A DNA stretch of 64,000 nucleotides from a virus (Duplodnaviria; Caudoviricetes): IMG/VR virus record IMGVR_UViG_3300044695_006401; one strand, 5' to 3'. Numbering within the stretch: position 1 is the first letter of the stretch; each line of letters begins with the position of its first letter. A program made the position numbers and the translations under genes. Of the stretch, positions 8,713 through 18,167 are shown one piece after another. The notes under the pieces are model-generated. The model was not told where the DNA came from. It did no database searches and saw only the letters and a program-made list of their open reading frames with translations.

Positions 8713-10293
8713 ATGGAAAATGAAAAAAAAATATTAGAAGAAATCAAAAGGTTTTCTTTTATGACAAATTACGACCCAAGTAAAGTAATTAATGAACAAG
8801 AAACAGAGAGAAGAGGTTTTAATATAGGTGCAGATCTTTTTGGTAACGAATTCAACATGAGAGGAATTCAAAGAAGTCCAACTAAAATTGGTTTAGGTTT
8901 TGAATACGATAAAGAACTAGATAAAGAACTGACGACCGCAGGTGATGTATATTCTAAAATGTCTGCAGAAATACAAGATGGGGATTATCAAAAACTACCA
9001 GCAGAAACTAAAAATATGTTTGCAGAAGGTTTTTATAATGCAATAGAAGCGGTTATCAACGGACAGAAAGTTAATAAGGAAGATAAAGAAAGTGTAAAAA
9101 AACTAAGAAAGTTTTTTAAAAAATCACAAAGATGGTCCTTTTCTGTTATAGAACCCGAAGATGTTGGGGTAGTTAAGTTAAGTGTGACATCGAAAGGCGA
9201 TTTATCAACATTAGAGGGTCTTAATCAAGTAATGAATCAAGAAGTCTTTAACCTTAATGAGGCGAATTCTAAAGAAGGTACTATATTATCAAAACAAGGT
9301 TCATATTTTTATTACGATAAAAAAGAGGGTGATGTCTCATCAAATGTAATTAATAAACCTATACTATCATCATTATTTGCGAGAGCATCTAAACCATTAA
9401 CTATTAAGGAACTGTCACCTGACGAAAAATACACGACCGTTGGTGGTTTTGAAATTGTTGTTCCTAAAATCCCTGGAAAGTATGTTGCTGGTTCTTCTGA
9501 CCCCCAAATGTTCCTCCCAAACATGATGAAAACAATTTTGGATATAGTTTATAAAACATCAGTATCATTTAGTGATGGTGATCCGGCAATTACAGTTAAA
9601 GAAATGATCGAATGTGGTGATGGTAACTGTGATAGCACATATACAATTAATGTGACTAGTGCATCAATATTGTCTTCAGCAAGTAACACTTGGGTTAGAG
9701 ATGAAATATTAGATTATACTCATGAAAATAATGGCACCAAAGTCAAAGATATTGGTAGTTTAGATCGTAAAGGAAATAATATTAAAAACTTTAAATTAGC
9801 GAAAGAAAGGGGTAATAAGTTAATTCAGGCGGTTCTTACTGACATCGCAAAAACACCAGGAATTAAATTATCACAGTCTTTTGATTGGTCGAGTGATATC
9901 GAGACGGAAATTCGTATCACAAATACAGGTGGAAAAGTAGACGAAACAAAAACATCTGAATTTCCGAATCCCGGTCAATATTCTGAAATATTAATAGATT
10001 TTTCGGTTACAAAAACAAAACAAAGGACTAGAGCATCAGTGAACCAACTTAAAGGTGAAATAACACAGAAAATTATCGTACTGAAATATACAGGACGCAA
10101 AGGTGGTGGTTTTGATATAGATTTTTCTTTAATTCCAGGAAGTAAAGAAAAATCAATGTACTTAAGAAAAGGATTATTCGGTGGTCGTAAGTGGCTTTCA
10201 CAAAACACAACAGATCGAAGACTCTCTAATATGTACAAAAAAAGAGATAAGGCGTTTGAAAGAAAAAGAAAGGCAAATAACCCAAACAGATAA
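8713..10293 (+). CDS. Leader-bearing 526 aa protein, possible degenerate OmpA-like PG-binding segment
   Basis: MENEKKILEEIKRFSFMTNYDPSKVINEQ leader; ILSSAS...NFKLAKERGNKLIQAV weakly resembles N-x2-LS-x2-RA; GATATTTAT upstream. Confidence 0.6.
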   Translation: MENEKKILEEIKRFSFMTNYDPSKVINEQETERRGFNIGADLFGNEFNMRGIQRSPTKIGLGFEYDKELDKELTTAGDVYSKMSAEIQDGDYQKLPAETKNMFAEGFYNAIEAVINGQKVNKEDKESVKKLRKFFKKSQRWSFSVIEPEDVGVVKLSVTSKGDLSTLEGLNQVMNQEVFNLNEANSKEGTILSKQGSYFYYDKKEGDVSSNVINKPILSSLFARASKPLTIKELSPDEKYTTVGGFEIVVPKIPGKYVAGSSDPQMFLPNMMKTILDIVYKTSVSFSDGDPAITVKEMIECGDGNCDSTYTINVTSASILSSASNTWVRDEILDYTHENNGTKVKDIGSLDRKGNNIKNFKLAKERGNKLIQAVLTDIAKTPGIKLSQSFDWSSDIETEIRITNTGGKVDETKTSEFPNPGQYSEILIDFSVTKTKQRTRASVNQLKGEITQKIIVLKYTGRKGGGFDIDFSLIPGSKEKSMYLRKGLFGGRKWLSQNTTDRRLSNMYKKRDKAFERKRKANNPNR

Positions 10294-10294
10294 T

Positions 10295-10322
10295 AAAAAA
10301 CCCAACCGAAGTTGGGTTTTTT
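10295..10322. terminator. Bidirectional intrinsic terminator
   Basis: AAAAAACCCAAC-CGAA-GTTGGGTTTTTT between convergent genes. Confidence 0.9.
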
Positions 10323-11159
10323 TTATTTAAGTAAGTTGTAATACTCTTTGAAATGTTTGATTCGATCGGCTAAACCTATTGTACCACCATTTACTCTTTT
10401 AGTAACTGATGTTACGGTAGCGTCATCAGCACCTTTATCACAAATCGCCCATAACTTATTTGAATCAAAAAAGAACGCGGCGGAAGCTAATGGATATTTA
10501 GTGGCTACTAAGTCAGGGTTAGCAACACAATCCTCACCAATAAACTTTGTAAAGTTTGTGTAGTTTGCCTTTCCTGTCAATTGAATATAACCTCTTCCTC
10601 TGAATTTGAAACCTTCACCTGACGCTTCGTCACCATTACCCATTCTTGATGCGTAAACACGAGCTGCAATTTTTTCAGGTTTACGAGCGTAAGATTCGTT
10701 CAAATTTCCTGGAAAATATTTACCAAATATTTTCTTTAATCCATCCGCAGAATAATTTAAGTTTTCACTTACCGCCTTAAAGTTACCCGATTCGTGACCA
10801 CACTGAGCTAAGAAATGTGCTAACCTTAAATTATTTGTAATATTAAACTTAGCCGCCGTCTCAGGTATTTGAGTTAGAACCGCATCAGGAATATGACCTT
10901 TTAACTTTTCAATATTTAATGGACCCCCTTTTGGAAGAACCACATCTTCTTTAATGACTTCTGTTTTTGGCGATTGTTCTCCGAACAATTTTGTCCATGT
11001 TGTATCTCCAACAATACCATCGTCTTTTAACCCGTTTGCTTTTTGCCAAGCTTTCACAGCCGCTTCAGTTTTTGGACCGAAGGTTCCTATTGCTTCGACT
11101 CCAAGTTTTACCTGTAATTTTTTTACATCTTCTCCTTTAGATCCGACCTTTAATAACAT
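10323..11159 (-). CDS. Endolysin: PG-binding domain plus glycoside hydrolase family 19
   Basis: GSKGEDVKKLQ...FGPKTEAAVKAWQ...DGIVG; HFLAQCGHESG; FRGRGYIQLTGKANY; TKRVNGG. Confidence 0.92.
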   Translation of the reverse strand: MLLKVGSKGEDVKKLQVKLGVEAIGTFGPKTEAAVKAWQKANGLKDDGIVGDTTWTKLFGEQSPKTEVIKEDVVLPKGGPLNIEKLKGHIPDAVLTQIPETAAKFNITNNLRLAHFLAQCGHESGNFKAVSENLNYSADGLKKIFGKYFPGNLNESYARKPEKIAARVYASRMGNGDEASGEGFKFRGRGYIQLTGKANYTNFTKFIGEDCVANPDLVATKYPLASAAFFFDSNKLWAICDKGADDATVTSVTKRVNGGTIGLADRIKHFKEYYNLLK

Positions 11160-11213
11160 ATTTTTTAGTTTTATTAATTAATGTGTTTCCACATAAAATA
11201 AATATAAGTAAGT

Positions 11214-13448
11214 CTACCTTATTATTGTTAAATTTCCGTGATATTCTTTAACCTCATCAGTGTTTGACACACCAAACTGTAAAATCCAAGTATAAGAACC
11301 GTCAGGACATATAACATTATTGTATGTACCATCCCAACCAACTTTAGAATCCATACTTTCCCATATCACTTCTCCCCAACGATTGTAGATAGTCATGCGA
11401 TACTGATATAAATCAACACCTGAAGTTATTACCGGTAAAAAATACTGATTATGTTCATTACCATCAGGAGTAAATGTATTAGGTATATAAATCAATTCTT
11501 GCGGACATAGACTTAGAGCTACGGTAATCGTTTCAGGATTAGAAATACAACCATTACTCCATCTCACAACATCAAATTGAAATATACCTTCTTGATCCCA
11601 AGTTAAACTAATTGTGGGTCCTTGTAGTGTATCACCAAACACATACCATTCATTATAACCAACGAATGGTGATTGTGCTTCATATAAATCTTGTATTGTG
11701 TCCCCATCACATATTTCGTGATATTCATAATTAACACCAACCCTCCCATCGATTACAGGAATTACGGTCGGTCTTGGGAATACATTTACTGATATTGTGG
11801 TATCAAACCAACAACCAGATTGTGTTACAAAATAACTTACACCATCAACCCCAATAAAACCATTGTTGGGACAATAATCATTCAACCATACATTATTACC
11901 ACTAAATGTTCCTCCAGCCGGGACAGCAGTAAGAGGTGTACACCCATCGTATTCACAAAAAGGTCCGATTTGTGCAACTTGGGGTAATAAATTGAAATTA
12001 ACTAACGAAAAGTTTACAGGGTTACTCATACACCCAAATTGGTTAATTCCATAAACAGATAACACATTATTATAGAATCCACTGTTTTCACCACTTACAT
12101 CTAAATTAATTTGTTGTGTTCCTTGACCTGATGTTATATTACCTAAATTGGTTGACCAGTTATATGTCAAATTAGGAAACACACTACCAACATTAAAAAT
12201 ATTGTTTGTCGAATTATAACATAGAGTGTCTGACCCAACTATCGGTGTTAAAGTTACTTGTGGTGGGTCAACTAAGTTTACGACACCCGTAACACTACAA
12301 CCAAGTGCGTCCGTAATAGTAAATGGATATGTGCCGGCACATAAACTTAAATTTATAAAATTATTTGGTAATTGACCGTTCCACGAAATTGTTTGAACTC
12401 CGTTACCACCTTGTGCAATAATATCAATAAAACCATCGCAACTTTGAAAACAAGTTGGGTTACCGAAATTAATTATTGGTTGAGGTAGGTTTGGTGGACC
12501 AGGTAAAACAAATACTGTGTCAGGTCCTAAATTACTGCCTTGACCCGCATTACAAGTGTTCCATCCTGCATTACAGGTTGGGTATACAAACTGACAGGTA
12601 TAATTCGCACCTGCAGCAGGTGGGGTAACGGTTATTGTTGGTCCTGTACCAATAGGATTTGGGTTACCGACTTGGTACCAAGTTAAAGTTGGCAAAACTA
12701 CCGGTCCTGTTGGTGTCCATCGGTAAGCATCATTAACTGCTGTCCATACAGATGAGTTTCTACCAGGAACGGCAATTCCAATAGTACCTAATTGATTATG
12801 AATACCTTGTGTTGCTGTTCCATTCTGCCATTGTAGACAAGCAGGTTTGTTTTGAATGTAACTATCAATATAATTTGTTGATTCGTTTATCACAATATGG
12901 AATGTTCCAAAGTTATTAGTGCAAGAGAACATAGGCATGTTAGTCCAAGACACAATTAACTTTCTACAAGGAGCAACTCCTGTTGTTTGGTATCTGATCT
13001 GACCACCAATACCAGGATGCCAGTCTTGCCATGGTCCCATAATACAGTTTTTAGGGACATTTATATTACCTGTTGGTATAGTTTGTGTTGTGAAGGTTAT
13101 TGGTTGTGCTGGTGAGAAGGAAATCCACCCATTTGACCCCACCCAAAACTGAGTATAAGTCTGACCAAAGAAACAAAAGGTAAACCCAATGTTAAAAGGA
13201 CCTTGTTGTGAGTCATCAGTCATGAATAACTGATTACCTGTGTTAGTTTGATTCACATAAGGGATTGGTGCAACACTATAGTTTGTTGTTTGATTAGGTG
13301 TAGGTCCACCAACACCACACTGACTAAGGTCTGCAGTTAAGGTTGTGGATCCAACTCCACACGGAAGAATTTGGTCAGGTCCTAATGCCGGACAGAATTG
13401 CGAATACGCAAAAAGGGGGAATAAGAATAAAAGTATTAGATGTTTCAT
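11214..13448 (-). CDS. Secreted protein with T9SS type B (gliding-motility-associated) C-terminal domain, nidogen-like N-terminus and SprB/PKD-like repeats
   Basis: Signal peptide AYS|Q; GPFNIGFTFCFFG...VGSNGWISF; PTCFQSCDG...LCAGTYPFTITDALGC; YIPNTFTPDG...IYNRWGE...GWDGTYN...PDGSYTW. Confidence 0.88.
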   Translation of the reverse strand: MKHLILLFLFPLFAYSQFCPALGPDQILPCGVGSTTLTADLSQCGVGGPTPNQTTNYSVAPIPYVNQTNTGNQLFMTDDSQQGPFNIGFTFCFFGQTYTQFWVGSNGWISFSPAQPITFTTQTIPTGNINVPKNCIMGPWQDWHPGIGGQIRYQTTGVAPCRKLIVSWTNMPMFSCTNNFGTFHIVINESTNYIDSYIQNKPACLQWQNGTATQGIHNQLGTIGIAVPGRNSSVWTAVNDAYRWTPTGPVVLPTLTWYQVGNPNPIGTGPTITVTPPAAGANYTCQFVYPTCNAGWNTCNAGQGSNLGPDTVFVLPGPPNLPQPIINFGNPTCFQSCDGFIDIIAQGGNGVQTISWNGQLPNNFINLSLCAGTYPFTITDALGCSVTGVVNLVDPPQVTLTPIVGSDTLCYNSTNNIFNVGSVFPNLTYNWSTNLGNITSGQGTQQINLDVSGENSGFYNNVLSVYGINQFGCMSNPVNFSLVNFNLLPQVAQIGPFCEYDGCTPLTAVPAGGTFSGNNVWLNDYCPNNGFIGVDGVSYFVTQSGCWFDTTISVNVFPRPTVIPVIDGRVGVNYEYHEICDGDTIQDLYEAQSPFVGYNEWYVFGDTLQGPTISLTWDQEGIFQFDVVRWSNGCISNPETITVALSLCPQELIYIPNTFTPDGNEHNQYFLPVITSGVDLYQYRMTIYNRWGEVIWESMDSKVGWDGTYNNVICPDGSYTWILQFGVSNTDEVKEYHGNLTIIR

Positions 13449-13554
13449 ATAATTAATAAATATGAAATACTAAACCTAATACTTCATTTAGTCAAATTAG
13501 ATTATCAAATATGGGTATTTAGTTATTAAATGATATTTATTAAAATATATCTAA

Positions 13555-14136
13555 ATGAAATTATTAAAAATACTCAAAGAAAACATTTACGAACAAGGTG
13601 GTAAGTTCGGATCGATGATCGATCCTGAGAGCGGAATCTCTGTTGGTCAAACTATTGGGTCTTTGGATTTTTCAGACTCGTCAAGTGTTAAGACAAGAAA
13701 ACCAAAAGATGTATATACTTCAGAAGTAGGTTCAAAAATTATTGCATCGGCAGAATCTCAAATTGGTAAACCTTATGTGTGGGGATCTGAAAGTGAAAGT
13801 GATGGGTTTGATTGTAGTGGATTAGTAACATGGGCATATAATGATGCTGGGGTTTCAATACCGAGAGGTACCGCACAATCATTTTTTAATAGTGCTGAGA
13901 AAATAGATAAAGAAAATGCACAAGTAGGTGATATGATATTTTTTGATGCAAATACAGAAAGTAGTGATATTGATCATATTGGTATTGTTCACGCAGTAAA
14001 TGAAGATGGAACTATAGATATGATACACTCTTCAACAGATAAGGGTGTAAATATTCAAAAAAATGTCTTAAGTGGTTATTATGGAAGGGTATTCAAAGGG
14101 TTTGGTAGGATGTCCCAAGTATCTCAAGAACCATAA
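13555..14136 (+). CDS. NlpC/P60 family peptidase with leader
   Basis: IGKPYVWG, FDCSGLV, GDMIFF, HIGI; MKLLKILKE leader. Confidence 0.9.
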   Translation: MKLLKILKENIYEQGGKFGSMIDPESGISVGQTIGSLDFSDSSSVKTRKPKDVYTSEVGSKIIASAESQIGKPYVWGSESESDGFDCSGLVTWAYNDAGVSIPRGTAQSFFNSAEKIDKENAQVGDMIFFDANTESSDIDHIGIVHAVNEDGTIDMIHSSTDKGVNIQKNVLSGYYGRVFKGFGRMSQVSQEP

Positions 14137-14141
14137 ATAAA

Positions 14142-14167
14142 AAAACCGTAACTTTCGTCACGGTTTT
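14142..14167. terminator. Intrinsic terminator between convergent genes
   Basis: AAAACCGT-AACTTTCGTC-ACGGTTTT. Confidence 0.75.
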
Positions 14168-14188
14168 CCTGCTCAGATGATACGCCTT

Positions 14189-14650
14189 TTATTTTAAAAA
14201 TCTTAATTTATAAAGTGTAGAATTAATTAATTCACAAACAGTATCAATTTGATTTTGAATATAAGAATCTTCACAACAATCTCTTAATTCTATAACTTTT
14301 TCACATAAACCTTTCATGTATTTTACAGTGTCTTCAGTACTTTTCCATTCTTGTAGGTTCATACTTTTATATCCTTTAATAATACCGTATTTACCTTGAA
14401 AAGATTCAACTAAACCGTCAACTATCCCATCAATACCTTCATAATAATTTTGAAGTGCTTTATGTTCTGAATAGGATTCAGTTTGGAGATGTAATGTATG
14501 GGCTTGAGTTTGTGAGTGTAAAAGAATAGACATCATTTCTGCAAAGTCCCAATTGTTAGTTTCTTTTTCATCTTTTTTATCTTCCTCTTCTTCATTCAAA
14601 AAAGAAAATGATTTGTAATTTCTATTTAATAAATCTTTTTTAGTAATCAT
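14189..14650 (-). CDS. Ferritin/Dps-like four-helix protein (DUF5856-like)
   Basis: HSQTQAHTLHLQT.SYSEHKAL..YYE...DGLVESFQGKYG. Confidence 0.75.
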   Translation of the reverse strand: MITKKDLLNRNYKSFSFLNEEEEDKKDEKETNNWDFAEMMSILLHSQTQAHTLHLQTESYSEHKALQNYYEGIDGIVDGLVESFQGKYGIIKGYKSMNLQEWKSTEDTVKYMKGLCEKVIELRDCCEDSYIQNQIDTVCELINSTLYKLRFLK

Positions 14651-14705
14651 ATCTAGTCTAGTGCTAGTTTATTTAAAGCTAGTAGCAAGCTTGCTGCCTA
14701 GTATT

Positions 14706-14719
14706 ATATTTATAAATAT
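14706..14719. promoter_or_regulatory. Palindromic TATTTAT motif serving divergent genes
   Basis: ATATTTATAAATAT is a perfect 14-bp palindrome; its last two bases overlap ATG 14718. Confidence 0.6.
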
Positions 14720-15329
14720 GCTACTATATGAAGAAATTTTAAAAATTAAGAACTTAATGAACTTAAACGAAACCAAAATGGACAAAAACAATTTGTTTTA
14801 TAAGTTTGATTATTCATCATTTAAAGATGTTCCACCACCTTCAGATTCTAGTGATCAAACCAAAAAAGAAATAGAATATTTAAGATCTATCAACTTAGAT
14901 AAATTATTTATTCAAGAAAAAGACGACATGTTAGGAAACTTTATGGAGTTTTTAGAAGAAAAAAAAATCAAATACAACAAAAAATACCTCAAAAAGGTAT
15001 ATGATGATTTATATCATATTGTTTTAGATTTAAAATCACACTACAAAAGACCAAGACCGTTTAGATTAGACCCATCCTTAACAGACACAATGTTAGATTC
15101 GATGGAAGGGTTTGCCTACCCATCAGGTCACTCCACCACCTCTAATCTTTTATGTATGGTTTTATGTGAATTGTATCCTGACTATAAAAAGGATTTTAAT
15201 AAGATATGTAAAGATATAACAAATTCACGACAAATGGCAAAGGCACATTATCCTTCTGATATTAGATTTGGTGAAAAGTTAGCAAAATCTATGTTTGATT
15301 ATTTGAAAAGCAACGATTTAATCCATTAA
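14718..15329 (+). CDS. PAP2-superfamily phosphatase with leader
   Basis: KSHYKRPRP, YPSGHS, SRQMAKAHYPSD (KX6RP/PSGH/SRX5HX3D); start reassigned to MLLYEEILKIKNLMNLNE. Confidence 0.88.
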   Translation: MLLYEEILKIKNLMNLNETKMDKNNLFYKFDYSSFKDVPPPSDSSDQTKKEIEYLRSINLDKLFIQEKDDMLGNFMEFLEEKKIKYNKKYLKKVYDDLYHIVLDLKSHYKRPRPFRLDPSLTDTMLDSMEGFAYPSGHSTTSNLLCMVLCELYPDYKKDFNKICKDITNSRQMAKAHYPSDIRFGEKLAKSMFDYLKSNDLIH

Positions 15330-15869
15330 CTCAGGAATAATCACTTCCTCAACATAATAATCAACCTCATTTTGTAATTTACCAAGTTCGTTCTGTAAAT
15401 ATCTATGTTGTTTTTGTTCAAATTTAGACGATATTTGTACATTATCGTATGTTTCAAATTCACCGTCATCCTCTACGAAGTCTAACATAGCTAAAGATCC
15501 GTCTTTTTCTGCAACAATACACCCAACCCACTGAGTGTTATTCCAAGTCACTACTCCAAAATACAATTCTACATCATTTTCTATTTCTTCATAGTCAAAT
15601 TGGAAGGTAAATTCACTACCATCTTGTAGCGTTCTGGTCCATTTTTCACCCATTTTACCCTCAAAATCAGTCTGTTTTTGGTCATTTTGGGGGGTAAATT
15701 CACCCTTTTTTCCACTATTTAACCACTCAGAATAGGCATTTAGGGTCATTTTTTCCTCATTTTCAAGGTTTTCATACCCAATTTTACCCATTTTATCTAG
15801 AATTTTGTCTATTTCTTGGGTATTTTCGACCAAAAAACGGTATTGTGACTCTGTAATTACGATTTTCAT
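15318..15869 (-). CDS. Leader-bearing acidic hypothetical protein
   Basis: MKIVITESQY leader; TATTTAT upstream. Confidence 0.8.
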   Translation of the reverse strand: MKIVITESQYRFLVENTQEIDKILDKMGKIGYENLENEEKMTLNAYSEWLNSGKKGEFTPQNDQKQTDFEGKMGEKWTRTLQDGSEFTFQFDYEEIENDVELYFGVVTWNNTQWVGCIVAEKDGSLAMLDFVEDDGEFETYDNVQISSKFEQKQHRYLQNELGKLQNEVDYYVEEVIIPELMD

Positions 15870-15924
15870 ACTAATAAATACCTATTTTGACCGTTATTTT
15901 GTTGTATTTTGACCGAAAAAACCT

Positions 15925-15932
15925 TATTTTTG
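15925..15932 (+). promoter_or_regulatory. Bacteroidota sigma -7 element TATTTTTG
   Basis: TAnnTTTG 5 nt before uvrC ATG; TTG about 20 nt upstream. Confidence 0.6.
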
Positions 15933-15937
15933 TGTAA

Positions 15938-17212
15938 ATGTTAGTAGAAAAGCTCCAAAATATCCCAAAAAGTAGTGGTTGTTACCTTTTTAAAGATAAA
16001 AAAGGTCAAATTATCTATGTAGGTAAGGCAAAATACCTCCCAAATAGGGTAAAATCGTACTTTTCTAACAAAAATCACCCAAGTAAGACCCAATTATTGG
16101 TAGAAAACATTGTAGATGTGGATTTTTTGACAACTTTAGACGAAAATTCCGCATTTATTTTAGAAAATGATCTAATTAAGACCCATAATCCTAAATTTAA
16201 CATCAAATTGAAGGATGATAGGTCAAAAAAATGGTATTTAACCCTTACAAATGACGATTTTCCTCGTTTAGAGGTTAAAAATGATACTAATTTGGACTCA
16301 GACCCTTTAATTGAGGTTCCAAGTAGTAGTATGTGTCATGAAATGTATGATTTATTACACGATATCTTTAATTTACGCTCATGTTCTTATGAATTAACAC
16401 CTGAAAACATTGAAAATAACAAGTTTAAGGTGTGTTTAGAGTCCCATATGGGTAGATGTGACGCACCATGTGTATCAAATATTAATAAATTTATCTATCG
16501 TGAGGTAATATCTGAACTAAAACAGGTGGTTTTATACAATTTTGACCAATTGCGAGGTAAATTAATTCGTAAAATGAACGCATTTAGTAAAATTATGGAG
16601 TTTGAGAAGGCAAATACTATTAAATTTAGACTAAATGCCCTTGATAAGTACGAAAAATGTGTAGAATCTGCAAGAATTGGTGGTTATTTGGTGATTGCTG
16701 ATGAGTTTAAGACTACTTTTGGTCTACAAAACACCCCAATTGACATAGAAATGTACGATAACTCCCACACTAATGGGGATTGTCAGGTGTCTGCCCTTGT
16801 TAGATACACAAATGGTAAGAAAAACACATCAGAATACCGTAAATTCAACATTAAAACCGTTGTTGGTCCTGATGATTATGCTTCATTTGATGAGGTTTTA
16901 CGAAGAAGGTTTACAAGATTACTTAAAGAACGGTCAAAATTACCAGATTTAGTGATCATCGACGGTGGTAAAGGTCAATTAGGTATAGCAAAGAGAGTAT
17001 TTGACGAACTTTCACTATCTAATCGTATAGATTTACTATCTATATCTAAAAACTCACAGCACAGGTCAGATATTATACATTTTACTGATGGAAATAGTGT
17101 AAAATTTGAAAATAAAAAGTTTTTTAACTTACTTGCAACAATTCAGAATGAGGTTCACCGATTTGTTATTACATTTCACAGAAAAAAAAGGAGTAAATCA
17201 GTTATTGGATAA
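15938..17212 (+). CDS. uvrC: UvrC excinuclease (GIY-YIG + RNase H-like domains; C-terminal HhH absent)
   Basis: GCYLFKD...IIYVGKAK.L.NRVKSYF; CLESHMGRCDAPC; YDNSH; DDYAS; LPDLVIIDGGKGQL; LQNEVHRF-type motif (IQNEVHRF) near the end. Confidence 0.92.
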   Translation: MLVEKLQNIPKSSGCYLFKDKKGQIIYVGKAKYLPNRVKSYFSNKNHPSKTQLLVENIVDVDFLTTLDENSAFILENDLIKTHNPKFNIKLKDDRSKKWYLTLTNDDFPRLEVKNDTNLDSDPLIEVPSSSMCHEMYDLLHDIFNLRSCSYELTPENIENNKFKVCLESHMGRCDAPCVSNINKFIYREVISELKQVVLYNFDQLRGKLIRKMNAFSKIMEFEKANTIKFRLNALDKYEKCVESARIGGYLVIADEFKTTFGLQNTPIDIEMYDNSHTNGDCQVSALVRYTNGKKNTSEYRKFNIKTVVGPDDYASFDEVLRRRFTRLLKERSKLPDLVIIDGGKGQLGIAKRVFDELSLSNRIDLLSISKNSQHRSDIIHFTDGNSVKFENKKFFNLLATIQNEVHRFVITFHRKKRSKSVIG

Positions 17213-17858
17213 ATTTTGTGTCGTAGTAACCAGCGATGTGACCCCATCTGTCAGTTAATAAGGGATAATCGTTTAAAATATAGTCAATTGGGTTATATAA
17301 ATTTTCTGTTTCCCAATAAGTCTCAACATTTGGTAAAAATTCGTCGACATATTCAAAAATCGCTTCTTGTATATTGATTTCTTCACCATTTTTTGTCGCT
17401 TTAAGTGCTTTTACATTATTTTCTATATAGAGACTTTCATCATCATACGCATATGTTTTGAAACCAACCGATTCTACATGTATTTCGTATCTTTCGTAAC
17501 CAATAAACGGTGTTCCTGTAACAAATTTTATAATTTTAACAGAATCAAATACATTTTGAATTTTTTCTTTGAGTTCATTATTAAAATAAAGACCTCTTTT
17601 AATGCTTGGCAATAAATATGTATTTATTTTTTCATTGATTATTGATTCGAATGACTCAACATCTTCAGATAATTCATTCTCCACTATTATTGTATAATAA
17701 GATACATTATTTGGATTTTCAAAATTAAAAAATATGTTATACTGACCTTTAGTTTTGAAACTAGTCTCAACTAAAACGGGAGTCACGATTAATCCATACA
17801 AATTAATCTTGTCTCCCGCATATTTTTTAAATAATTCTAATATTTTTTCAGTGTCCAT
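17202..17858 (-). CDS. Hypothetical protein
   Basis: 218 aa ORF, coupled to upstream gene. Confidence 0.75.
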   Translation of the reverse strand: MDTEKILELFKKYAGDKINLYGLIVTPVLVETSFKTKGQYNIFFNFENPNNVSYYTIIVENELSEDVESFESIINEKINTYLLPSIKRGLYFNNELKEKIQNVFDSVKIIKFVTGTPFIGYERYEIHVESVGFKTYAYDDESLYIENNVKALKATKNGEEINIQEAIFEYVDEFLPNVETYWETENLYNPIDYILNDYPLLTDRWGHIAGYYDTKFIQ

Positions 17859-17863
17859 AAGTA

Positions 17864-18157
17864 TTACTCATCACCAAATACACTACTTTGTACTCTAACA
17901 CCCTTTGGTAATTCAAAATTATCTCTTCTTGGTCTTTCAACTCTTTTATATTTCTCGGTTGGGAAATCAAAGTTCAATTTATTAAGGGCTCTTGTATATT
18001 CTTCACCATATTCTTTAATCCTGTTGATGACATCATCAACCAACTCAGTTTGTTTGTTATATGCGACCCCAAATCTTAATTCTTTGTCTTCCATTTCTTC
18101 GTTAATAACTCTATTAACGATTCTATTGATTTCTGATTCTGTTATTCTTCTTTCCAT
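17864..18157 (-). CDS. Leader-bearing small protein
   Basis: Start reassigned to MERRITESEINRIVNRVINEE. Confidence 0.75.
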   Translation of the reverse strand: MERRITESEINRIVNRVINEEMEDKELRFGVAYNKQTELVDDVINRIKEYGEEYTRALNKLNFDFPTEKYKRVERPRRDNFELPKGVRVQSSVFGDE

Positions 18158-18167
18158 TTTTTTATTT

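Noticed and set aside
8713-10293. Firm OmpA-family call
   Set aside because: Only a partial N-x2-LA-x2-R motif; kept as a low-confidence note
15938-16230. GIY-YIG domain as a homing endonuclease
   Set aside because: Continuous with UvrC Cys-rich and RNase H-like domains in one frame
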